The translations under genes were made by a program, and so were the position numbers. This document shows positions 32,864 through 44,400 of a stretch of 64,000 bases of DNA, one piece after another (the first letter of the stretch is position 1; each line of letters opens with the position of its first letter). The stretch covers positions 173,672 to 237,671 of the forward strand of contig PDIP01000039.1 in assembly GCA_002811645.1 (NCBI GenBank), written 5' to 3'. Under the pieces are notes generated by a model, which had not been told where the DNA came from, searched no databases, and saw nothing but the letters and a program-made list of their open reading frames with translations. Origin of the DNA: Corallochytrium limacisporum Hawaii. Taxonomy: Eukaryota > Protista > Pluriformea.

Positions 32864-34654
32864 AACTCTACTGCATTTACACCGAGATCACAAACCCCAG
32901 TAACATTTGTTTTCTGCAATACCTGATTTACTTGCATATCTTTTCAACGGAATGAATGGAAGATATTTATTTAAAATATCCTTCTTCTGATATACCTCTG
33001 AGACTGAGCTCTGTGCTGGTCACGTAGGCTCAAAAAGTCCACACGTACGCCTATCAGACAATCCAAACTCTGCAAATTGGTAATCCTCGCATGCACCCCG
33101 ATTCCATTGGTATCATGCGTGTGCACGCTTGGCTCGGGACGTAATCAGAGCCGTTAACAATCTCGTACTAGCGGCGGACAGCGGGCCCCGGGGGGGGGGG
33201 GGAGGGTTCCTTCGGTGTTTTGGAACGATACTCGCTCCCGTCCCTCCCTCCCCGTCGCTTGCCAGTTCAAAAGTGATCTCCCGCTCCCCCAAAGCCCACC
33301 CCTCCCACCCTCCCGCACCGCGGAAGGGTGGGAGGCCCGAAAGACTCTTTTGTTCCCTTTTCGCGATGTAAACCTTGCATGGGCCGAGAGGAAGGGTTGC
33401 GAGAATAGACCTTTTGCCGTTGTTCCCGCGTTTCGGTGCCGCACCCCCGACTCACACCGGAAAGAAAAGCTACCGGCCGTTTCTTTTGCGGGTCGCTCTC
33501 CGTCGTCGTCCGCTAATTTGCACCAAAAACTTTTTTTTTCAACGCAAGCCCCATTCCCTTACTCAACGATCCGCCAAACAAAACTGAATACATAAAGTAC
33601 GGAAGCTTGGGCAGCTCCACGTCCCGCGCTTACCCAGTCTCGGGTCCCCCCCCCCCGCGGGGCCCACTGGGCGTTCCCGGTGTCAGCTGGTACTGGCGAA
33701 AGGCTGCCTGTTGTTTTCTGGGCGTTCAATAAGTACCGGCCGCCCGCTACAGCAGCGCACCGAGGCAAATGAAACAGCAAGAAAAGAAAGAAAGAAGAAA
33801 AAAAAATTGGGAAAGGTGAAAAATTGGGGAGACGTAGAATCTTTTCCCGTTTGCTTCGCTTGGGTTCCCCATTTCTTTACCATTGTCCTTCCCTCCTCGC
33901 CTGCCAGCTTTGGTTGGGGGGGGGGTAAGAGCCCTAGCACACAGCCCGGTTGGAGGGAGAAATCAGAAAAGGTGGCGATAAATTGGGTACGCGCCACCGA
34001 AAAAAACAAAGTAAAAGGAAGGAGCCCACAGCGAACGGTTTCTACCGTTCTTTTAGCCTTTTACATTGTTTTCCTAGTTTTTCCTTATCATCCTCTCTTG
34101 GCAATAGTGTGAGAATGGAGGGAAGAATGAAGGGCGGGTTAAAATTTCTGTGAGGGGAGCATCCGGGACCGATAGCGTAGGCGGTAGCTATTGGACCCAA
34201 AAACGGACCCCCAAACCCGCTTCCCGGCGGGAAGGGAGAGGGGGAGGGGTAGGGACGGGTGGCGGCCGTTTGACTATGGCCAGACTGTTTCTGCGTGTGT
34301 GTGTGTGGTGTGCGGCCCGCTTTGGTTGTCACAGTGGACAGCTGTTATTTGAGCGGCTAACGGCTGAGAGCCCTTCGGCGGATGGCACAGCCCTCCCCCG
34401 GGCCAGGAAGGGGGGGGGGGAGAGAGAGAGAGAGAATCGTGGGTGAGGGCGCGTGCGTACGAGCTGGCTGATGAGCCTCGATGACGGTATCAGCTGTATT
34501 GAGTCCATATGCGCTCGTTTTTTTGTGTCCGTTGGACTTGGACTGAGTGCCGGAGGGTGTTTGACAGGTGATCGCTCAATGTATCTCGGACTTGGCCTAA
34601 GGAAACTGCGGTTCCTTTTGTTCTGGGACCCATAGCTAAGAGTTCTCATAGGCA

Positions 34655-35656
34655 ATGCCGGATGCTGGAATGGGGACAGGGAATCGTGGCGATGCACTGT
34701 TGGCGGTATACCAGCGCCTGAGAGATGCAACTGTGCCTTTTGCGAATAGCAATGGGTTAAAGAAGATTGATCAACCAAGCAGCAAAAGGATCACTCACAT
34801 TTACAACCCATTAGAATATGCATGGGAGCCCATTAAGCGCTACGTGCAGCTGTACGGTAGTTCAAAGAAGCAAGTTGTCATGGTTGGCATGAACCCAGGA
34901 CCATTTGGCATGGCACAGACCGGAATTCCCTTTGGTGACATTCCTTCTGTACAGAATTTCATGCACATCGGTGATAGTCCAGACCGAGCTGATTTCCAGG
35001 TCGGCAAACCGAGTCCGGAACATCCTCAACGGCCCATCGAAGGGTTTAGTCTTGGACGAAGGGAAGTGTCCGGCACGAGATTATGGGGCTGGGCAGCGGA
35101 TTTGAGTGAAGGGTCTGCTGAACGCTTCTTTGAGCATACCTATGTACACAATTTCTGCCCACTAGTATTCATGACTTCCTCCGGATCCAATGTAACTCCG
35201 GATGCTCTTCCAGACAAAGGATACAAATCCGCTGTATTGAAGTATTGCACGGACGCGATCACAGATCTTGTGCGGATTTTGGAGCCGCATGACATCATTG
35301 CAATCGGAAACTGGACCCATAAGACACTGTCAAAGATTCAATTTGATCGGGAAGTTCGTGTCGTGAAGATCCTGCACCCAAGCCCTGCTTCACCGTTGGC
35401 AAACAATTGGCCATACCGTGCCACGGCACAGCTGCAAAACCTAGCGCTCCTCGACTGCATGGGCGGAAGCCACTTGCTAAAGAAATATAACGTCAAGGAG
35501 GACGATCCCGGCAAGAAAACGATCACTATGCCACCAAGAGCCGCACCGAACGATTCCAGGAAGCGGAAGTTCGAAGACACCCCGAAAATCTCAGAGCCGA
35601 CGAAGTCCGGACCGATCCGGCGCAGTCGCCGCCTGGCAAAGGGGCCCCCGCAGTGA
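34655..35656 (+). CDS. SMUG1: SMUG1-family uracil-DNA glycosylase
   Basis: IYNPLEYA, GMNPGPFGMAQTGIPFG, EVSGTRLWG, HNFCPL, HPSPASP; basic C-terminal NLS-like tail. Confidence 0.93.
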   Translation: MPDAGMGTGNRGDALLAVYQRLRDATVPFANSNGLKKIDQPSSKRITHIYNPLEYAWEPIKRYVQLYGSSKKQVVMVGMNPGPFGMAQTGIPFGDIPSVQNFMHIGDSPDRADFQVGKPSPEHPQRPIEGFSLGRREVSGTRLWGWAADLSEGSAERFFEHTYVHNFCPLVFMTSSGSNVTPDALPDKGYKSAVLKYCTDAITDLVRILEPHDIIAIGNWTHKTLSKIQFDREVRVVKILHPSPASPLANNWPYRATAQLQNLALLDCMGGSHLLKKYNVKEDDPGKKTITMPPRAAPNDSRKRKFEDTPKISEPTKSGPIRRSRRLAKGPPQ

Positions 35657-36267
35657 ATCAATCTGATTTGATTTTCTCCCTGTTTGAACACCGAAGGATT
35701 TTTTTTCCTGCGAGAACCGCGCGACCGAATGAAATGCGTCCTTCTAAATACATAATGTACACAGACTAACTGTGCGTAATGAGGTGACAACATTTGGTCG
35801 TCACCAAGGCGGGTTTTCAGAGGGAGGGGGTACACACACACGTCTGCATCCCGTCTCCCGCTCTTCCTGCCCCACCTTGAGAGAGACTGTGTGGGTACCA
35901 GAGGAGGGAAGGCTCCTCTGGTGCCGTGAGGGAGACAGATATACGCGACTTTAATCACCGGTGACCTTGGCCCCCCCCCGGGGGGGGGGGGAAGGGGGGA
36001 GGGGCGAAGCTCTTAGCAGCCCCAGGCTTATCAAATATTCCCTTGTTTCCAACCGCTTTCAAACGTGCTGTATTAGCTACCGAGCGCTTGCCTGCAGGTG
36101 CACTTTGCCACTAAGTCTGCTGCTGAGCATAACGAAGCGATGAATTCCAATAGCGATGGTAGATGGTGGTATTTAAGCAAACGATCGCCATTTAAACATC
36201 TGTCACCAAGACAAATCATTAAATACAAACACAAGCGACATATAGTTACACAACACACAAATACACA

Positions 36268-37332
36268 ATGGGACTACGCAAGAGCAAGATGGCCCGGGCC
36301 AACGAGCAGGAGCTGCCTGAAATGACCATTAACCAGGTAGTCTTGGATGATGTCGAGGCCGGCACCGTCGCCTGGCTCAGGGACTTGGACGAGGGTAAGA
36401 TGATGGCTGCTGCCACTGGCAAGCCCATTTTCCTGCTCTTCACCGAGATGCCTGGATGTCAGACCTGCACCATGTTTGGTCGCAACATTCTCGATAACAC
36501 AGACATTGTGGATGCTATCCACGAAGAGTTTGTTCCCGTGCTGATTAACAACCGCGGCTGGACTTCTCACGACCGCCGGGTTTTGCGCGAATACAATGAA
36601 GCTTACCTGAACAACCCCGTTGTCCGCTTCCTGGACGCCAACGGTGAAGACCTTATCCCCCGCAAGGACAATGACTACTCACTTGAGTCTATGAAGTTCC
36701 GCATGACCCAAGCTGTTAGCGCAGCTGGTCTGTCTGGTGACGATCTGTTTAACCGCGCCCGTCGCAGTGCCTCCTCTGTCTCTACTGAGGGCTCCGACAC
36801 TGAATCCATTCCTTCTCGCGCGTCCACGACCAGCGGCAGCCAGAGCCCGGTTCGCACCTCCATTGTGCGCAAGACCCGTGCCACTGTGTTCTTCGTCATG
36901 TCCTGCTTCTGGGAAGGCGAAGGCTGCATCGACATGGTTGCTGCCAAGTTCCCTGGCCTCGTCCAGGAGACCCGTGCTGTCTGGGTGAAGACTGACGAAG
37001 CCGTCAAGGTTGTGCTGAAGACCACCGACCGTGATGCTCTGAAGCAGTTCCTGTGTGCTGTGCACCAGACTGGCTGCGCCTCTACCGTCCTCACCGACGA
37101 CGAGACCGTCCTGCGCGTTCTGACTAAGTCCAGCAATCGCAACTTCTTCAGCGTCCGCCAGGCCAACCGCATGGACATTTCCCTGCCCGCTAAGCCTTCT
37201 GACCAGAAGTATTACCTTCGTCACACCAACTTCAAGAATGAAAAGCTCACTGAAGCCCAGAAGATGGAGATCAACGGCAAGATGTGGGCCAAGGTCCGCC
37301 GTGGTGCCGACGTACAGATTGCTGCGTGCTAA
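36268..37332 (+). CDS. Thioredoxin-like (PGCxxC) domain fused to an MsrA-like domain
   Basis: KPIFLLFTEMPGCQTC..FG...NNPVVRFLD; second domain FFVMSCFWEGE and DQKYYL. Confidence 0.75.
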   Translation: MGLRKSKMARANEQELPEMTINQVVLDDVEAGTVAWLRDLDEGKMMAAATGKPIFLLFTEMPGCQTCTMFGRNILDNTDIVDAIHEEFVPVLINNRGWTSHDRRVLREYNEAYLNNPVVRFLDANGEDLIPRKDNDYSLESMKFRMTQAVSAAGLSGDDLFNRARRSASSVSTEGSDTESIPSRASTTSGSQSPVRTSIVRKTRATVFFVMSCFWEGEGCIDMVAAKFPGLVQETRAVWVKTDEAVKVVLKTTDRDALKQFLCAVHQTGCASTVLTDDETVLRVLTKSSNRNFFSVRQANRMDISLPAKPSDQKYYLRHTNFKNEKLTEAQKMEINGKMWAKVRRGADVQIAAC

Positions 37333-38287
37333 ACGCCCAAACTTTTACATCCCAACCCCCCCTCCATTTCTCATGTATATTCCATGTACATAGTAGTTCC
37401 ATAGCCATACCATAGCATGAAAACCATAATTTCCATCATATCATTATATAAACGTCCATAACATACCCATTCACCTATATAACTTCCAAAGCAATTCGTT
37501 CACATTATTCTCTTTCCTATTTTTTTCTCTATCAGCTCCTACGTGTTACCATTTTCAATACTCTGGGAGTATAGTGCAGTATCGGAAACGTCGCCCCGCG
37601 GGCGGGGTCGGCGGATCCGAGATATGTGGGTATTAGACGATGGGCTAACCCCCCCCCCTCCGGGGGCTCTCCAATCCCCTGCCAATCTGAGCCTAGTTGG
37701 GGAAAGGTCATAGAAATTCCAGTACTTTTACCATGCGAGTCGCGCCCATCCCCGGGGTCCTCGGGAGGGAGGGCCTTCCGGGGTGTTTCCCTCAGGGCCC
37801 AGATACAGCCAGACGCTGGAGGTGGGGGGGGTCCCTCCAACCTCCATTGCAGAGACACTGGGGCAGGGTTCTCGATTCAGTGCAATAAGAAGTTTCAAGC
37901 CCAACCGCAGAAAGTATATCATACTATAATGTATTTCCCAGCGGCGCAGATCTGGAATCACCAGTGGGACGGTCCCGTGTACCTTTGAGAACTATCTACG
38001 AACCCACTTCCCAGTTTAAGTTTGTGCCACCGTTCAAACTTGGGGGTAGATGGAATGCCCACCGTCTCCCACCCTCCCAAAGTCGAATCAATCCAAAATT
38101 ACTTTTTTAAAATCACTCTCACAATTCTTTAGTTTTTTAATTTAGTTTTTTTTGGTCTCCTATGCTGTTATTTTTTTCTTTACCAGGGGGGGAGGGCGGG
38201 ATATGGTGGACAGGAAGAGCCAAAAAATCGACCCCCGCCACCCTTTCCGCTAGGTCGCCCGGGGAGGGTGGAAGAGACACACGGCTT

Positions 38288-38782
38288 TCAAACCATGTCT
38301 AGCGATCGACCCGCAGGGACCTTTGCCATCTCTATATCCGTCCGCTGCTGTTGGGGCCCCGAGTGCGGATACTGCTGTTGCTGTTCCGGCACCCAGTACA
38401 CGGGCATCGGCATGGCTACTCTGTAGAGGTCGGATGTTGCAGAGTTTGTGTAGTAGTAGGCGCCTTCGAGCTTGGCCTCTTCCTCAGCGCGGGCGGCCTT
38501 GTTCCGCTGGTGACGGCGCACACAGCAAACAATGAGCGCCACGATGAGAGCTAGGGCAATGAGGCAAATGATCACTAATATAAGCACAGCCACGGCCATA
38601 TCCACAGCCAGCCCAGCAAAAATCGGATTCAAAGGATCATCACTTTCATCTACAGTTTCATCGTCATCGCCGCTGTCATCACTGCTTGCCTTTACTGACC
38701 CAACGCTGGCGGCGATCCAAAGCAGGTGCAGCCCTGCGATCTGGACCGCTTTGTTCTTTGATTCTGTTGAAAAGTACTTCAT
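38288..38782 (-). CDS. Small single-pass membrane protein (signal peptide, short acidic ectodomain, TM, Tyr-rich tail)
   Basis: Hydrophobic N-terminus, SSDDSGDDDE, long TM ending LIVCCVRR, cytoplasmic YYY/LY/VY/QY. Confidence 0.65.
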   Translation of the reverse strand: MKYFSTESKNKAVQIAGLHLLWIAASVGSVKASSDDSGDDDETVDESDDPLNPIFAGLAVDMAVAVLILVIICLIALALIVALIVCCVRRHQRNKAARAEEEAKLEGAYYYTNSATSDLYRVAMPMPVYWVPEQQQQYPHSGPQQQRTDIEMAKVPAGRSLDMV

Positions 38783-40174
38783 CGTTTCTATATCGGAACC
38801 GTGGTGATATATGGTGCCTGGTTTGAATTCGTTGACAACCAGAACGTTCTCCGGAGACTGTGTTGCCCTTTCTGCGTATCGGGGCAGGTGGGATCTGCTT
38901 AACTAGCCGGAAGGGGAGCTGCCATGATCATATGCGCTTTCACCAGCCAAAAACAGTGACGAACACAAGCAAGACAACCGTCAATATTTACATCAGCGAT
39001 CTGGTTCAGCTTTGTGTCATTTGATCTCCCTGCTGATACGCCTGAACAGCTCATCCTCAGGAAAACTTCTGCTGGTCTCGTCACTGCGACACCTCTTTGC
39101 CCCTCGCCTCCTCCCGACCACCGACCCAACCAACTGCCCCATTTGTCAACCAATCTTTTTCTTCTCCCTTACTTTCACTATACAATCATACCCACAGCAC
39201 ACACACATATACACACACCACCCTTTTCCTAATTTTCCCTCCTTCTACCGTAACCTCTTCCATTTTTGCCTTTAGATTTGCCCCATTTGCCCCTTTTGAG
39301 TGCCGCAGTTCCGATGTATTTACCAACTAAACGCCGGCGTGCCCAAACCCCCCTACCCCTAACACCCCCCCCTTAAACTCAATTTGGCGAGTGCGCAGCT
39401 TTTTGGCGAAAAGGAAGAAAAGTGAATGTTCGCATCATTTTCCGTTCACACATACGAAACGGAAACCTAAGAGCACTTTGGAAAACGGCGGTCAAGGACC
39501 GGTTGCAATCGCAGTACATTCACTACTGAAATGAGGGTCAGATCTGTTGCAGGAGATCGGTTGTGCTAAAAGTTCTGAGCAACGGGTCCTTGCGCCTCAA
39601 CCCCGGTTCGTAGTAGATTTCACGTCAGCAGACAGGCAAAGAAAAACTGAGCGAAGGCAAAGGGCCGGGACGGAGGAGAGGAGACGGGGGAGAAGCACCG
39701 GGGAATAGGGGGGGGGGGCGGCTAAGCGTAGTCAGTGATAGAGAGAGAGAGAGCGAGTGTGTGTGCGTGTGTGTGTGTGTGTTAAAGGAGCATGTCAAGC
39801 AAGTAGCCCCGTGCCATCCCGTTCGGTACACACACAGAGAGAGAGAGAGAACACCGTCACTGTCGCGCACCTTGGGGTCTCGATGCTGGTGGGTTAATAC
39901 CGACGGATGGGTGCCGATCGATCCGCTCATCTTCATAACAACACCACCAAGAGAAACCAACTACCAACACAAGGAAACAGAGACTCGGATAGTAGACCCA
40001 GTACCTGCATCGGCCCACAGAGACAAGCCCATCCCAAATACAAAAACCTTGGGGGCGGCGCGGCGCACACGGGATACCACGTCCACACAACACCCTTACC
40101 AGTTCTCGAGTTCTGTCTCAGTGCTGTACAACCCCGCAGGGCAGGTTGTGAGAAACCGTTACGCCCGCTGTTCC

Positions 40175-40208
40175 CGCTCTGTCTCTCTCTGTCTCTGGCT
40201 GGCTCTCT

Positions 40209-40256
<48 letters not shown>
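40175..40256. repeat. (CT)n microsatellite
   Basis: Direct observation. Confidence 0.85.
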
Positions 40257-40259
<3 letters not shown>

Positions 40260-41459
40260 GTTTGTATTTTTTTTTGGGCTGGCCCTTTACCGGACTGAGC
40301 AAGAATCAATGAAATTTGCTTGAATTTTGCAAGGCAACGCGACATTACACGAAACTCACGGTGTGAAAATGATCGAAAAAGGTGACCACCACCGCACCGC
40401 ACCCGCACCAGGAGAAGGTACTTTCAGTATGGGAACAGTTGCCTAATTTAATGGCCGCAAGGCCGTGTGACCTGCCACTCACCCCCCCTTCCCCCCTCCC
40501 CCCTCCCCCGGTTCTCGACCAGACCACGCCGGTCTCCAAAGTCTTCGGCAGTTCTGGGCAATCCTACGGATTCCCCAGGAAAAAAAGAAAAAAGAAGGGA
40601 GTGAGGGGGGGGGAGAGCCAAACCAAACACCAAAAAAAAAGTTCTTCTCTCGGTACATTGAGTACCAGGATCCCAAATTGGGAAAGCACACTTGCTCGTT
40701 TTGGACGGCAAAGACAGGGCCGGTACATTCAGTACGGCAGTTCGGCCACCAGGGCGCGCGCACACACACACTCGAAAGCACGCATATTCTTCAGATGCCC
40801 CTCACTAGTCTGTGTTTCTGGGGGAGGTGAAAAATGTGAAGGGGGGGGCGGGCAGGTGCCTGAATCACAAAACAACCACAATTGCACGCCCTTGCCAAAT
40901 CGCGCATATAAAATATGCGGTGGTTGGGGGGGGGTGGGGGAGGGATGTAAACCGTGATTTAAGTACCATATCACTCCATTCCTTTTTTTTTCTTGCCAAC
41001 TCTTGTATTTTTTTTTGTTGCCGTCTTCTTACTAATTTTTTTCTTTAGGAGATTTTGCCCTGCCAAAAAAATAAACCCTGGAAGTCATTCAAAAAGAAAG
41101 AAAATAGGGCACTCAACTCCCCCTCCCTTCCAAAGACCCAAAGAAAAAAAAAAAAGAAAGAAAGAAAAGGGAAGAGCGAAAGAAGGGGGGGACCAGAGGG
41201 CTCTGGTTACCGAACATAGCAAGTGAGGGTTGGTGGCTAACTTGGAAAAGGAACTGACGGTGCCTGCTACCCCCCCCCCCCACACCGGTGACATAAGAGA
41301 GTCCACTGCACCAAAATGTAAGAATTGCATGTGCATCTTCTATTGTGAAAGTGGGATACCACGTATATTATATAGTAATGGAGAATTGTGCTAGTTTGGA
41401 TGATGTGAAGTTATTGCAACAGAGTGTGGAAGGAGGAAGAAAATGAATGACCCAACCAC

Positions 41460-44400
41460 TTATTCACGCATGTAGCTGTCTAGTCCAGGTTTTGCCTGGC
41501 CCTTCTTGTCGTGGACGTAGTCAGACTCCTGGCGGGACACTCGCTTCTTACGGGACCGATCCAGGATTGCCTGGGGATCCGGGGAAGAGGCCAGATTCTC
41601 GTCGGAGACGACACCAGTGGCCCGACCATCCTGGGAGTAGTTGTTGCCGAAATCACGAAGAGCCTTGGGCTGCATCTTGCGCAGCGAGGCGCCAGGCCGC
41701 TGCAAGGTGCCATCAGGGTCGTAGCCTTCGAGGTGATCCGTCTTGATGCCAGCATCGCGAGCGAACTCGGACCAGCGCATGAGCGGATAGTGTCCGACCT
41801 GGAAGGGTACATTGACTTGGTTGTTATCGACACCATCAGCGCCGCCCTCGGTACCCTGGAAGACAACACGGGTAGCACCCCAGCCGAAGTCGTCCATGTG
41901 CCACACTGAGTAGATGGGCAGGTAGACGTAGTAGTACGGAATGTTCAACAAGAACCAAATCATCATCTTGACCTGGTGTGGCCGTCCGAGAATCAAGCAG
42001 ATAATAACCTGCAGCAAGATAAGAACCACGAAACCAACCAGTGCCACAATAGGCACATCCCCAGAGACAAAGGCCTCAACAATCAGGTAGATCAGAAAGG
42101 CAATACCAGCAGGCAGAAGGAAAGTGGACATCAGATCTAGCAGAATGACGAACTTCATGCCAATGGGGCCACAACCGCACAATTGAGTGTTCGAAAAGAC
42201 CAGCTCCCACAGGTTGTGGATGGTGGAATTAATCCAGCGACGGCGCTGAGAGGTCAAGGTCGTGAAGTCTTCGGGTACCACGGTACGGCAGACAGCCTGA
42301 GGAACGTAGCGCATCTTGTAGCCAGCGTTGTAGTAGCGGGCCAGCAAGATAGTGGACAGGAAGCGATCCTCACCAAGCTTGAGCAAGTTCTTTTCGTGCA
42401 ACGTCTCGACCTCACCGACAGCATATTGGCGGATAATGTCGCCACTGACCAGCAGTGGGGCCGGGAAACTCTCACCTTCCTCGGGCGTACGCTCACGAAT
42501 GCGGTAGACACTGAAGCAACCCGGCAGACATGTCACCGAACCGAAGCGGGACTCAAACATTTTGTTCATGTTGTGGGAGATGAAGTACTCAAATACCTGA
42601 GACTTGGTCACGAACGAATCGCCCTTTTCACGGGCCACCTTGGTTTCACCGCATGCACCGAGGAGCTTGGCCTCCTTATTGAAGGCGTGGATGAGAATGG
42701 GCAGGGAGTCAGGGTAGACATAGGTGTCTGCGTCGACGGCCATCAAGTACTCGTAGGCCCGTGAGTCAATGCTAAACCTCTTGGCAATCTGACGAGTGAG
42801 TTCCAGTTCCATGGGAGCCATCGGCTGTTCAGTGCACACGCGGTTCAGCCAGCGGTACAAAAGGACCTGAGAATCACGCTTACCACGGTTACCTGGCTTC
42901 ACGGTCTCGCCACGGACACCGGACTTGATGATAACAACGGCAGGCACCTTGTGGCCTTCGACACAGTAGTAGCCAGACCAAATACGGGCAGTGTTGTACA
43001 TTTTCTCCGGGACTTCGGCCACAGACTGGTAGCTGAAGGTGTGTTCGGGCAGTTCTTCGACACTGGGACCACCGAGGATATCAAGGACAATGTCGGGTGT
43101 TAGACGGTCCTCATCGGCACCACGGATCATACCATCGCAGACGATGAACATGAGCTTCTGCTGGTCGGGGTACTCGGTAACGGCCAGGGACTTCAGAGTT
43201 TTGTTCAACTCCTTGGGACCCTCAGTGTAGCAAGTAACCAACATGACAACGTAGCCCTCGTGGCGGAAGGTTTCAGAATGCAGTACCTTGGGAAGGCGCA
43301 GAGCAAACATCCACCTGATGAAAACGACGAGGAGAATCACACCGGCACCGATAATGAGCACAAACTGATTGGCGGTACACAGGAATTCGCCATCCAGCGG
43401 GTCCCCGGTACCACATAGGAAGAGGTCAAAGATAACCAGGAGGGTGATGAAGGCACCGGACAGGACCAACATGATGAAGGCAATCAGGAACTTTTCACGC
43501 CAGGCAATGCGGGAGGCCTTGCTGCGCAGCGACTTCCACGGCTTGCTCAACACGGTGAACAGCGGACCCAAGGACACCAGGTAGGCCAGGCCGACCCAGA
43601 TCACCCGAGCACGGGTCAAACCAGAGAGTTTACCATAGGGGCTCTTTTCCTTGGATTTCTTCACCGTGATGTTCTCACCACGGGCCATCTTGGCGCGGAG
43701 GGCAGCTTCAATCCGCTGGTGGGTGACAGGCAAAACATCGCGCTTACCACGGGTCCTGCGGGTGGCCTTAATGTCGTCACGGGCCTGGTAAATGTCCTCG
43801 AAATCGTCACGTTTGTCACGGGACGCACGGTCAGAGTCCTGGGCTGCCATCACCTCGAGCTCCCGCACAATATCATTCTGGTCGATACCACCACCGCGCT
43901 GTTCCTTCTGCACGGCCGGAGTCCGGCGCAAAGCCTCCTGCTGAGCCTCCAGCTTCTCCTTGCGGATGCGATCGAAGTCGCGGTAACTGACGACCCCGGA
44001 ACCGACATCGCCCCGCAGCGTCTTCTTGCCGCCCGCTCCGAAACCGCTCTGGATGGTATAACCATCGGCCATAAACTGCGCGTTGTAATCCGCACCACCG
44101 GGCAGGGGAGCGGCCAGACGCTCGCACTTTGCTGCAGTGGCGTGGCCAAGAGGTCCGAGGCCAAGCTTAGAAATCTTACGCGGTAGATTCTTGGAATACT
44201 TCAGCACATAGCAGTGCCAAATGAAGGGGCGGTCCCTCACCATGTTGCTCAGCACGCTGTTGAAGTCGCCGAGGATAGTTGCCTTGCGCTTGTCCATAAA
44301 GTTCACCGAGCGCACGTTCCTGTGGCTCTGCGTGCGACGAAGGGTGCGGCCAATGGTGCGGCCAAAATTGTTGTTGCTGTACGGTGTGCTGGAACTAGCC

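Noticed and set aside
1050-34660. YAG a few nt upstream of many start codons (possible spliced-leader trans-splicing)
   Set aside because: AG within 20 nt is expected by chance, and there is no consistent branch point or pyrimidine tract; it cannot be supported without transcript data
36448-36470. Possible selenocysteine in the Trx-like motif
   Set aside because: The codons are TGT/TGC (Cys); there is no in-frame TGA
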